64,000 bases of DNA from Candidatus Zixiibacteriota bacterium. Lineage in GTDB: Bacteria; Zixibacteria; MSB-5A5; GN15; FEB-12. Within the stretch, counting starts at the first letter, position 1. Every line of letters begins with the position of its first letter. The DNA is taken from NCBI GenBank assembly GCA_022571985.1, contig JACZWU010000010.1, positions 4,322 through 68,321 of the forward strand, written 5' to 3'. The notes beneath the pieces are model-generated. The model saw only the letters and a program-made list of their open reading frames with translations, had not been told where the DNA came from and made no database searches. Of this stretch, positions 19,385 to 28,065 are shown piece by piece. The position numbers and the translations under genes are program-made.

Positions 19385-21591
19385 TGAGGAAAATCAGCAT
19401 GAGAATTTTATTATATGTGATCTGTTTTATGGCGGCGGTCCTCGTAGCTGGATATTCAGATGCTCACGAAGGACATAAAGCAATCACCACAAAAGGCGTT
19501 GAAATAGATGCTCAAGGAAGACTTATTCTCCAGCCTCAAGCCCGCGAAGCTATCGGGCTTAAGACAGTAGAAGTCACCTTTGGTGACATACGGAACGCTC
19601 TGATTTTACCGGGTGAACTTATTCTCGATTTCAGAGCCAGATCGTTTTCCGGATCGCTGGTTGAAGGTCTAGTGGATAAAATCAATGTACGGCCCGGGCA
19701 ATTTGTGAAAGAGGGAGAAGTGCTTGCCATAATTCGCAGCATCGAGTTAGAGAGCCTTCAGCGCGAACTTCTTAACAAAACAATCAGACTTGGGCTCATA
19801 AGGCAAGAGCTGAAACGCGCCCAGTTTCTGGGCGAAAGAATAGTTTCCGGAAAAGACTCGCAAATGCTTGAATCTGAGAGGGAAATTACCAAGGTCTCGA
19901 TAAATTCTTTGTCCCAAAAGTTGAGGGCTCTGGGCATAAACGAGAAAGCCCTGACCAGTGTCCAGGATTCCTCCCTTATTGTCGACAATTTCCCCCTGCT
20001 CGCTCCCCAGTCTGGATATATTACAGAACTGGATATAACTGTCGGTCGTCAGGTAGAGACCGACGAACATCTGGTCGAAATTCATGACACCAGACACCTT
20101 GCCGTAGATATTAAAATAACAGAAGACCGGATAGGGTTAATTCGCAAAGGCCAGCCTATCCGGCTGAAATTTAGCAAATCGTCAGAGGCTCTCGTCTCTA
20201 CAATTGACATTGTACTTCCGGTGCTGAATAAAGAAGACGGAATGTTCCACGCCTACGCAGTAATTGATAATAGTAACAGATCCCTGCGCCCCGGAATGTT
20301 TGGACAGGTTGAAGTCGAACTTTCGACTGTACCTGATGCTTTCTTGATTCCCAAAGAAGCCGTGGTCACCGACGGAGCCGAACGCTATTGCTTTGTAGAG
20401 CTGGAAGAGGGCGTTTACAAGATGCAGAATTTAGTGTTAGGATTAAAAGAGGGGAATAGCATTGAAGTGCTCGAGGGTGTCTATCCCGGTGACCGTGTAA
20501 TTACTGCGGGGAACTATGAACTTGCCGCTCTATTCGTCCGGGGAGTGCTTAGCATAAGTGAAGACGCGGCGAAAAACATTGCTCTGCGCTTAGAGGAAAT
20601 TGATATCCGGGAAATCCATAATACTATCAGGGTTAACGGAAGGGTGGTTCCTCTTCCGGGTCAGGTTGCCGAGGTTGCTCTCCGAGTATCAGGGAAAGTG
20701 CATGCGCTTCGCTCGACTTTAGGGCAATACGTCAATGCCGGCGATAAATTGGCCGACATTCACAGCCTGGAGCTTGTCAGCGTTCAACTCGATCTGATTA
20801 AAACCGCGGTCAGACTTCAGTATACAGAGCATCAGGTCAAACTTATCCGCAACCTTACTGAAGGCCAGATGACGGCTCGCAAACAGCTGCTTCGACTTGA
20901 AAGCGAAGCAAATGAATTAACCAGTCGATACGAGAGCCTGCGGCGTACGCTCCGCTTGATAGGATTAAGGGACGATACTATTGATATTTTGCTGAAGACG
21001 CGGCGGGTTATACCCGTTGTCTCTATTCGTGCACCGATTTCAGGTTTCGTTACCAAGCAAAGTGCTTCAGTTGGCAGGGTTGTAAGCGCCGGGGAACCGC
21101 TTTATGAAATTACAAATATCTCGACTATCTCAGTTGAAGCGGTGCTATTTGCCCAGGATGCTCCACAAGTACTGGATGGGGGTGAAATCAAGCGAATCAT
21201 CGTCCGTGCTGTGGCATACCCTGGTCGTGAATGGCTCGCAAAGATAGAACTATTCCACCCCTCTTTCGCCGGCAACGACAAAACACTGCGGGTCTGGACT
21301 GATCTCAAAAATGAAGATATGGCCTTACTGCCCGGCATGCATCTTGATATTCATATTGTCACAGAGCAGGAGGGGATTAAAGAAATTGCAGTTCCGATAC
21401 GTGCTCTTATTAATATCAGCAGCAAAAGGTACGTTTTTGTACAGGACGGCGAAACATTCCGCAGGGTCGAAGTAATAACAGGATTAGAAGATGCTCACTA
21501 CGCCCAGGTCATCGATGGCTTATTTCCCGGTGATTCAGTAGTAGTCGAGGCAGTCAATGAACTAAACAACGCATTCTCGGCAGTGAGGTAG
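19384..21591 (+). CDS. Efflux RND periplasmic adaptor (MFP/HlyD-type), internally duplicated double-length form
   Basis: 735 aa. Two complete adaptor modules (about aa 45-385 and 395-735). Each has a lipoyl-like motif (…VRPGQFVKEGEVLAIIRSIEL… / …GQYVNAGDKLADIHSLEL…), a coiled-coil hairpin, a beta-barrel and a membrane-proximal part. Confidence 0.8.
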   Translation: MRKISMRILLYVICFMAAVLVAGYSDAHEGHKAITTKGVEIDAQGRLILQPQAREAIGLKTVEVTFGDIRNALILPGELILDFRARSFSGSLVEGLVDKINVRPGQFVKEGEVLAIIRSIELESLQRELLNKTIRLGLIRQELKRAQFLGERIVSGKDSQMLESEREITKVSINSLSQKLRALGINEKALTSVQDSSLIVDNFPLLAPQSGYITELDITVGRQVETDEHLVEIHDTRHLAVDIKITEDRIGLIRKGQPIRLKFSKSSEALVSTIDIVLPVLNKEDGMFHAYAVIDNSNRSLRPGMFGQVEVELSTVPDAFLIPKEAVVTDGAERYCFVELEEGVYKMQNLVLGLKEGNSIEVLEGVYPGDRVITAGNYELAALFVRGVLSISEDAAKNIALRLEEIDIREIHNTIRVNGRVVPLPGQVAEVALRVSGKVHALRSTLGQYVNAGDKLADIHSLELVSVQLDLIKTAVRLQYTEHQVKLIRNLTEGQMTARKQLLRLESEANELTSRYESLRRTLRLIGLRDDTIDILLKTRRVIPVVSIRAPISGFVTKQSASVGRVVSAGEPLYEITNISTISVEAVLFAQDAPQVLDGGEIKRIIVRAVAYPGREWLAKIELFHPSFAGNDKTLRVWTDLKNEDMALLPGMHLDIHIVTEQEGIKEIAVPIRALINISSKRYVFVQDGETFRRVEVITGLEDAHYAQVIDGLFPGDSVVVEAVNELNNAFSAVR

Positions 21592-21594
21592 AAG

Positions 21595-24500
21595 ATGCTC
21601 AATAAAGTTATCGCATATTCGCTCCAGAACCGGCTATTGATAACCGCTCTTTCTCTCATTGTAGTCTTATACGGCAGTTACGTGATGACGGAGCTCAGAG
21701 TGGACGTTCTTCCGGACCTTAATCGTCCCACCGTTACAATTATGACAGAAGCTCCGGGTCTGGCGCCCGAAGAAGTAGAAATTCTGGTTACTTTTCCTAT
21801 CGAGTCGATGATGAATGGCGCCACCAACGTCCGCCGCGTTCGTTCTGCGAGCGGCATTGGCTTGTCCATTGTCTGGGTTGAGTTTGACTGGGAAACAGAT
21901 ATCTATATTGACCGCCAGATAGTTGCCGAACGCCTCCAGCTGGCGCGAGAAAAATTGAGTGAAGGGATCAATCCCGTTATGGCGCCAATATCTTCCATTA
22001 TGGGTGAGATATTGCTGGTCGGAATTACTAGTGTCGACGGAGCAACGTCCCCAATGGACATCAGGACGCTGGCAGAATGGGCTATTCGACCCCAGATACT
22101 GGCAGTTCAGGGAGTTTCTCAAGTGACGGTTTTGGGCGGCGGACTTAAACAATATCAGGTGATCACCAGTCCCGAAAAACTGATGCTGTACGGCGTCACC
22201 CTTGATGAACTGGTTGAGGCTGTCGAAGCCGCAAATGTCAGTGCCGGTGGTGGATTCGTTCTCGAGTCCCGAAAGGAATATCTTATTCGCCTCTTGGGTC
22301 GAATCGAGTCGCTGGATGAACTCGAAAACGCCGTGGTAAAGCCGACAAGTTCCGGCGCCATACTTGTGAAGCACGTAGCTGATGTACGCTTCGGAGTCTC
22401 TGTTAAGCGGGGAGACGGCAGCGTCAACGGGGAGCCGGCAGTTATCATGGCTATTCAAAAGCAACCCGGAACGAATACGCTTCAGCTTACCGAAGAAGTC
22501 GACAACATCTTAGGAGATATTCAGGCGACCCTTCCGGAAGACCTGATAATTCATAAAGAGATTTTCCGGCAGGAAGAATTCATCCGTTCGGCTATCGAAA
22601 ACGTGATTGAAGCCTTAAGGGACGGCGCCGTTCTTGTTATCATAATTTTATTTCTTTTTCTCTGGAATTTCCGCACTTCTATAATTAACCTCACCGCTAT
22701 TCCCCTTTCTATTGTCATTACTGCTTTAGTGTTCCACGCCTTTGATATAACAATTAATACGATGACGTTAGGAGGTATCGCTGTGGCGATAGGGGAACTT
22801 GTTGACGACGCCATTGTAGGAGTGGAAAACGTGTTCCGAAGGCTGCGGGAAAACCGCGCCAAAGATAATCCCGAGCCTCCTCTGGTTGTTGTTTACAAAG
22901 CTTCTGCTGAGGTCAGGGGTTCTGTTGTTTACGCAACGCTGATTGTATCCGTGGTCGTTGTTCCATTGCTGTCGCTCGGCGGAGTTGAGGGCAGAATGTT
23001 CGCGCCGGTTGGCTACGCCTATATTCTTTCACTTATGGCGTCGCTGGTAGTTTCTCTTACTATCACGCCGGTACTCTCCTTCTATTTACTTCCCAAAGCA
23101 AAGATCATGGATAGTGAAGATGATTCGTTTGTTCTCAAGTGGTTCAAAAAATGGAACGAAAAGGCTCTCAGGATAGTTTTTTTGCGTCCGCTGGCATACG
23201 TGGGAGGATTCTCTGCAATGTTAGTTGTGTCGTTAATTGCTTATGCATTCATGGGAGGAGAGTTTTTACCTCCTTTCAATGAGGGTACTTTTACCGTCAA
23301 TATAGTTGCGCCTCCCGGGACATCTCTGCAGGAGTCAAACCGGTTAGGAAATATAGCTGAAGGAATAATCGCCAAGACACCCGAAGTTATTTCAACAGCC
23401 CGCCGCACCGGCCGTGCCGAGCTTGACGAGCATGCTGAAAATGTTAACTATTCTGAAATCGACGTGCGACTATCGGAAAGTGATCGCTCACATCAGGAAG
23501 TGATGGCGGAGTTAAGAGAGAGGCTCGCTTATATTCCCGGAGTTCTGGTGAACGTGGGACAGCCGATTTCTCATAGAATAGACCATCTTCTGTCCGGCGT
23601 ACGAGCCCAAATTGCGGTTAAGATATTCGGGCCGGATCTGGCGACATTACGACGAAAGGCACAAGAGCTCTATGACATGATGACCGAAATCGAAGGAGTG
23701 GTAGATATCCAGGTTGAGCAGCAAGTAGACATTCCACAGATTAAAATACGCTTCGACTATCATGAAATACAGCGCTATGGCCTGACCAAAAAAGAAGTTG
23801 TGGAAGTTCTGGAGACTGCTCTGAGAGGACGAGTCGCCTCTCAGGTGCTCGAAGATCAAAGAATATTTGATCTGGTAGTATGGTTCGACGAAGAGTCCCG
23901 CAACGATCCCGAAGTAATCGGACGCACGCTTATAAAAGCACCTGATGGAACACTTGTTCCTTTGGCGACTTTTGCAGAAGTTGTTAAGACAGCGGGGCCA
24001 AACACCATTAACCGCGAAAACGTGGCGCGGCGAATCGTGGTTTCGTGCAACGTGCAGGACCGGGACTTAGCCGGTGTCATTTATGACATCCAGGAACTGG
24101 AGGAGACTTTACAATTGCCGGAGAGTTACTGGATAATATATGGCGGCCAGTTTGAAGCACAGCAGGCGGCTGTTAAGCAGCTTTACATCTTATCGCTTTT
24201 CGCTTTACTGGCTGTATTCGTTCTGCTCATGAAAGCACTTGGGTCCTGGCGAGGGGCACTTCTTTGCCTTTCAAACCTGCCTCTGGCATTCGTGGGCGCG
24301 GTGCTTGCCATATACATATTTAGCCATGGCATTCTTTCTGTAGCGTCCTTGATTGGATTTCTGACTCTTACCGGAATAGTAATGAGAAACGGTATTTTAC
24401 TTATTACGCACTATCAGCACTTAATAAAATATGAAGGGGAAACTTTTGGCGAACATGTTATTATTCGAGGGACAATGGAACGGCTGGCCCCAGTGATGAT

Positions 24501-24792
24501 GACCGCCTTTACGACTTCTCTGGGCCTGATTCCTCTTGCTTTGGGGGCAGGAGACACCGGCAAAGAAATTCTTCATCCCCTGGCCATTACTATTATCGGA
24601 GGGCTTGTCAGTGCCACAGTTTTGGTGCAACTTGTTTTTCCGTCACTCATTTTGAAATTCGGTGAAAAAGCAATTGTTCTGCCAGGCGCAGATGACGAGC
24701 TGGATGAAGAACATTTGCATGTGCCTCCGAAACTTTACGCCATGGCCAAAAGACTTGAACAAAAAGAACAACAAGACAATACCAGGAGGTAA
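21595..24792 (+). CDS. Heavy-metal efflux RND pump, CusA/CzcA family
   Basis: 1065 aa with 12-TM RND architecture and two large periplasmic loops. The N-terminus (MLNKVIAYSLQNRLLITALSLIVVLYGSY…LPDLNRPTVTIMTEAPGLAPEEVE) is typical of the HME-RND family. Confidence 0.9.
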   Translation: MLNKVIAYSLQNRLLITALSLIVVLYGSYVMTELRVDVLPDLNRPTVTIMTEAPGLAPEEVEILVTFPIESMMNGATNVRRVRSASGIGLSIVWVEFDWETDIYIDRQIVAERLQLAREKLSEGINPVMAPISSIMGEILLVGITSVDGATSPMDIRTLAEWAIRPQILAVQGVSQVTVLGGGLKQYQVITSPEKLMLYGVTLDELVEAVEAANVSAGGGFVLESRKEYLIRLLGRIESLDELENAVVKPTSSGAILVKHVADVRFGVSVKRGDGSVNGEPAVIMAIQKQPGTNTLQLTEEVDNILGDIQATLPEDLIIHKEIFRQEEFIRSAIENVIEALRDGAVLVIIILFLFLWNFRTSIINLTAIPLSIVITALVFHAFDITINTMTLGGIAVAIGELVDDAIVGVENVFRRLRENRAKDNPEPPLVVVYKASAEVRGSVVYATLIVSVVVVPLLSLGGVEGRMFAPVGYAYILSLMASLVVSLTITPVLSFYLLPKAKIMDSEDDSFVLKWFKKWNEKALRIVFLRPLAYVGGFSAMLVVSLIAYAFMGGEFLPPFNEGTFTVNIVAPPGTSLQESNRLGNIAEGIIAKTPEVISTARRTGRAELDEHAENVNYSEIDVRLSESDRSHQEVMAELRERLAYIPGVLVNVGQPISHRIDHLLSGVRAQIAVKIFGPDLATLRRKAQELYDMMTEIEGVVDIQVEQQVDIPQIKIRFDYHEIQRYGLTKKEVVEVLETALRGRVASQVLEDQRIFDLVVWFDEESRNDPEVIGRTLIKAPDGTLVPLATFAEVVKTAGPNTINRENVARRIVVSCNVQDRDLAGVIYDIQELEETLQLPESYWIIYGGQFEAQQAAVKQLYILSLFALLAVFVLLMKALGSWRGALLCLSNLPLAFVGAVLAIYIFSHGILSVASLIGFLTLTGIVMRNGILLITHYQHLIKYEGETFGEHVIIRGTMERLAPVMMTAFTTSLGLIPLALGAGDTGKEILHPLAITIIGGLVSATVLVQLVFPSLILKFGEKAIVLPGADDELDEEHLHVPPKLYAMAKRLEQKEQQDNTRR

Positions 24793-24795
24793 TTG

Positions 24796-25260
24796 ATGAA
24801 ATTTCTTTTCAGAGCGACATTAGTAATGCTATCCCTGACGGCACTTTTTATCGCCGGCTGCGGCAGTGAAAAGAAGCAGGAATCGCAGGCTCATGACGAT
24901 GCCGAAAGGAACACGAAGGCACCTGCAACATATGTGGCGGCTATAGAGCAGTGTGAGTTTCATCTGATGGAAATCACGGAGCTGATAGAAAAAGGTGAGC
25001 TGAGCGATGTGCACAGGGAGGCCGCCAAGATTCGCGACATCGCGCTAAAACTTCCGCAGCTGGCAAAGGGCGACGTCCCGGTGGATATGCTAAAGGATAT
25101 CAATATCAAATCGAAAGAACTGGCAGGCATGTTTACCGAAATTGACAAAGCCGGCGATTCGGGCGATAAGGAGGGAACGATAAAAGCTCACCAGAAGATG
25201 AAAACAGTTGTGGACGCCCTGAAGCTGTTCGTCAGCCAAAACGAAGAACAGGAAAATTAA
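24796..25260 (+). CDS. Lipoprotein with helical domain, paralogous to the C-terminus of the next gene
   Basis: AGGAGG RBS, then ATG at 24796 (track TTG 24793). Lipobox LFIAGC. Shares …ELAGMFTEIDKAGDSGDKEGTIKAHQKMKTVVDAL… with …ELIALFGEIDKAGDSQNKAATVEVLGKYRSKVSFL… of 25286..26143. Confidence 0.6.
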   Translation: MKFLFRATLVMLSLTALFIAGCGSEKKQESQAHDDAERNTKAPATYVAAIEQCEFHLMEITELIEKGELSDVHREAAKIRDIALKLPQLAKGDVPVDMLKDINIKSKELAGMFTEIDKAGDSGDKEGTIKAHQKMKTVVDALKLFVSQNEEQEN

Positions 25261-25285
25261 CATAAACTAAATTAAGGAGAACAAA

Positions 25286-26143
25286 ATGAAACGACTAATT
25301 TTAACACTAACAGTCATGGGCCTGATTTTAGCTGCGAATGAAGCAAAATCTGCAGAAGGCTGGATCAAGGTATACCTCGGAGATTCTGATCGAATTCAGG
25401 TAAACGCCAGCGGTAGCTGTACGATTATAGCCACGACTAAAGCCGGAGAAAAGATTGTCCTGAAAGCTAAATTGGTAACACCTGATGAATCTCTCTCAAG
25501 CGGAAAACTCGCTTACGGCGGCCAGATTATCGTTCAGGGTAAGAACTCTGTAGAACTGGTCGTTGGAAAGCCTGAGCATTCACACGGAGGCGCAGAGAGC
25601 GGACACGGGCATGGCGCAAGTGAAGCTGACGAACATGATGATGGCGATTCTCACGAACATGATGAGACGAACCAGACCAGCAAAGCCCTATCGTATTTCG
25701 AGGTGGATTTTGAATTTGCAGGTGATAATGTCGCTTTCAGCGCGGTGGTGATTATCAAGTCAGACAAAGGCACCTTCAACGTTAAAGGTTTTGAGTATCC
25801 GTTTTTGAATTATGGCAGTATTGTATTGATGATGGAAGTTCAGTTGGACGAAATACAATCACTTATTGATTCCGACAATCTCTTGAAAGTCCACCCTGCT
25901 GCTACTAAAATTTCACTGTTAGCCGAGTCTCTGCCAAGCTCGAAAGATTTTCCAGAGGACGATCGAAGCGAAGTTGAAAAAACGTGCAAGGAGCTCATTG
26001 CTCTCTTTGGAGAAATCGATAAAGCTGGCGACTCCCAGAACAAAGCAGCAACGGTAGAGGTTCTCGGAAAATACCGCTCGAAAGTTAGTTTTCTGGCCAA
26101 GCATGCTGAGGAAGAAGAAGAACATCATGACGGCGATCATTAG
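25286..26143 (+). CDS. Secreted His/Asp/Glu-rich protein, putative periplasmic metal-binding accessory protein
   Basis: Signal peptide MKRLILTLTVMGLILAANEAKSAEG. Central tract HSHGGAESGHGHGASEADEHDDGDSHEHDE. C-terminal EEEEHHDGDH. AAGGAGA RBS. Confidence 0.65.
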   Translation: MKRLILTLTVMGLILAANEAKSAEGWIKVYLGDSDRIQVNASGSCTIIATTKAGEKIVLKAKLVTPDESLSSGKLAYGGQIIVQGKNSVELVVGKPEHSHGGAESGHGHGASEADEHDDGDSHEHDETNQTSKALSYFEVDFEFAGDNVAFSAVVIIKSDKGTFNVKGFEYPFLNYGSIVLMMEVQLDEIQSLIDSDNLLKVHPAATKISLLAESLPSSKDFPEDDRSEVEKTCKELIALFGEIDKAGDSQNKAATVEVLGKYRSKVSFLAKHAEEEEEHHDGDH

Positions 26144-26148
26144 CATTA

Positions 26149-26409
26149 ATGTTCAGCTGTTTGGCAATTGAACTGAAGTCTCCTTTAACAGCAGGTCAGT
26201 GGACGGAATTTACTTGTCAAATGCACCCGGAGGTCATTCAAAAAGGACCGGGCAGTTGTCCTATCTGCGGTGACCTGCCCCCCATATTTCAATCCAGAGT
26301 TAGAGTTAGATTCTTCAGAGAGAGACTCGTTTGGCAAAAGCAAGAATGTTTCGAACTTGGACTCATCCTGTCTGTCGAAGTTACTCCACAACCGGCTGAA
26401 AAGTTCTAA
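26149..26409 (+). pseudogene. Remnant of a heavy-metal-binding-domain (YTCPMHPEV…CPxCG type) gene
   Basis: …TEFTCQMHPEVIQKGPGSCPICGD… (nt 26203-26274) matches the Zn-ribbon-like HMBD found at the N-termini of CusB- or P-type-ATPase-associated proteins. The ORF then degenerates into nonsense sequence and stops. Confidence 0.4.
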
Positions 26410-26513
26410 GATCGTCTTGTGGGATGAGCTTTTGCAGCAGTTCCGAACTTCCTGCTCTAAGACTGCAGTAGCAACATGGTAATTCAAAATGGGTTACAGA
26501 TAGACTTTTAATT

Positions 26514-26537
26514 ATGTGCCAATATTGTGCCAAATTG
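26514..26537 (+). promoter_or_regulatory. Tandem 11-bp-phased TGTGCCAA sites
   Basis: atgtgccaatattgtgccaaattg holds two perfect TGTGCCAA half-sites 11 bp apart, about 45 nt upstream of the tRNA-Asn relic. Confidence 0.55.
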
Positions 26538-26577
26538 TTTCAAGTTCATGAGAACTACTCTACATTGAGATTTAGAA

Positions 26578-26637
26578 AACGGGTACAGCAGCCGACTGTT
26601 AATCAGCGGGTCGTAGGTTCGAGTCCTACCGGGGGAA
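26578..26637 (+). pseudogene. Truncated tRNA-Asn(GTT)-like 3' fragment (D-loop remnant to acceptor 3' strand), relic att site
   Basis: …cgggtacagca gccga CTGTTAA tcagc gggtc GTAGG TTCGAGT CCTAC CGGGGGA a. The anticodon loop carries GTT, the T-arm is perfect, and the 3' acceptor strand is present. No complementary 5' acceptor strand or D-stem lies upstream, and there is no CCA. Confidence 0.7.
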
Positions 26638-26644
26638 TCCCGTT

Positions 26645-26959
26645 CTATACGTCTCCTTTGGAGATTTGATCAATTCTTCTTGCTATTGAGTCTCTTAATT
26701 TTAGATTTCTTTGTATACTATCATTAAGCATTGAATCTGCAACCCCAGCAGTTAAACTAGGTTCTGATTTTCCTTCGGTGATTGACCTATGCAAATTGTT
26801 TCTTTGCCTTTCAAGGTCTTCTGTTTTTCTTTCAACTCTAGCCAATTCGCTTATTGCATGACTCAAAGAGCAATTATTTATCTTCACTATTTTTGATTGA
26901 GTTTCCTTATCCTCAGAATTTTTAACCAATGCGTATGTTAAGAAATCAAATATTCCCAT
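26645..26959 (-). CDS. Small coiled-coil protein, unknown function
   Basis: 104 aa, helical and charged (…ELARVERKTEDLERQRNNLHRSI…). No recognisable motif and no obvious RBS. Confidence 0.4.
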   Translation of the reverse strand: MGIFDFLTYALVKNSEDKETQSKIVKINNCSLSHAISELARVERKTEDLERQRNNLHRSITEGKSEPSLTAGVADSMLNDSIQRNLKLRDSIARRIDQISKGDV

Positions 26960-27319
26960 AATTATTATATATCGTACTGTTCCCTTTCTATCAAGCTCTT
27001 TCTAGGAGAGTCTCTTGACTCACATTTTAGTTATATCAAGTCTAAGCGTAGCAAGAACATTGTACTAATTGATAAGAGTCATATATAAAAAGGGGTTGAA
27101 AGCCATTTACGATTCTTGACTTAAGAATCTAACAAATCAAAGGTAGTTCAATCAGGATGGTTCGCAAAGCATACAATCCGGGGAGGAAAAAGAACTACAA
27201 TATTTCTCTCAAGCTTACGAGATATTTATTAAATTAATACTGTGTCTCAAAAACAGTTAACGAAACTAACTCGGAACGTTTCCAATAAACATTCAGTATA
27301 AAATGTTATCAACAGGGAA

Positions 27320-27634
27320 TCAGAATAACTTTTGACGTTTGTAGGAAAAATAAAGACTCTTGCATTGTTGCTTCGGAATCTTCAATACTTTAAACCTACC
27401 ATTCGTTTTATCGTGACCGATCGTGGTTTCGAGAATAACCACTTCCGCTATAACATCCCATTTTTCATTTACTAATTCTATTGGAATGCCAATAGGATAA
27501 ATTCTTCTACCGCTCTTGTGAAAATCAAGAACACTACCTGCTTTCAATAACTCTTGACTTAAGTCCTCTGCGGTATCGATTTTTAAAATCCAATTGAATT
27601 CGATTTCGTAACCCATGAGTAATTCAGAACGCAC
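27320..27634 (-). CDS. Small beta-rich protein, unknown function (third gene of minus-strand unit)
   Basis: 104 aa from GTG, or 98 aa from ATG 27616 (MGYEIEFNWILKI…). …GRRIYPIGIPIELVNEKWDVIAEVVILETTIGHDKTNGRFKVLKI suggests a small beta-barrel fold. It lies 30 nt downstream of the preceding gene. Confidence 0.5.
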   Translation of the reverse strand: MRSELLMGYEIEFNWILKIDTAEDLSQELLKAGSVLDFHKSGRRIYPIGIPIELVNEKWDVIAEVVILETTIGHDKTNGRFKVLKIPKQQCKSLYFSYKRQKLF

Positions 27635-27663
27635 ATTATAAATTCATAATGTTATTAGAGATT

Positions 27664-28065
27664 TCATGACAATAACTTGATGGCAGCTGTAATTATTAAG
27701 TCCACCAAGTCACCTTTATGTTTTTTTATGCTATCGAGAAAACCCTCTCCCCAATTTTGGGTTAGGGATAATTGTTCCATTTTATCCTTTATAAGTTTTT
27801 CGCTCTGCCTTTCCTGTACAGCCCTAATCGAGTCTAGCAACTGCGGTGTATTTTTATCGCTCAACAATAGATTCAAGTTGTCCAGCAAAGCGAAGCGTTC
27901 CTCTTCTATAGAAGTACGAAGTCGTATGATTCTGCCAACATCTTCGTCACCAGCCTGGTAGATGTCTTTGAGCTCTTCTAAGCGATTGTTTAATGCCCTA
28001 GCCTTAGACTGAAGTTTGACTAGTTCAGCTATCAATTCCGTTCCTTCAGGATGTGCTGCTTTCAT
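27664..28065 (-). CDS. Coiled-coil protein, unknown function
   Basis: 133 aa. It overlaps the upstream 394-aa gene by 20 nt (translational coupling). Heptad-like helical sequence. Confidence 0.55.
   Translation of the reverse strand: MKAAHPEGTELIAELVKLQSKARALNNRLEELKDIYQAGDEDVGRIIRLRTSIEEERFALLDNLNLLLSDKNTPQLLDSIRAVQERQSEKLIKDKMEQLSLTQNWGEGFLDSIKKHKGDLVDLIITAAIKLLS

Noticed and set aside
21667-22464. Long antisense or overlapping ORFs inside large genes. Examples: 21667..22464 in the RND pump, 12363..12689 in acs, 50739..51260 in rocD, 33905..34528 in hsdR, 58261..58752 in accA, 56832..57377 in mreC, and 4521..4938 in the GC-rich membrane gene.
   Set aside because: Each lies fully within a gene whose translation carries strong family motifs on the other strand or frame. 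Their own translations are low-complexity or Ser/Arg/Pro-rich, with no motifs or RBS.
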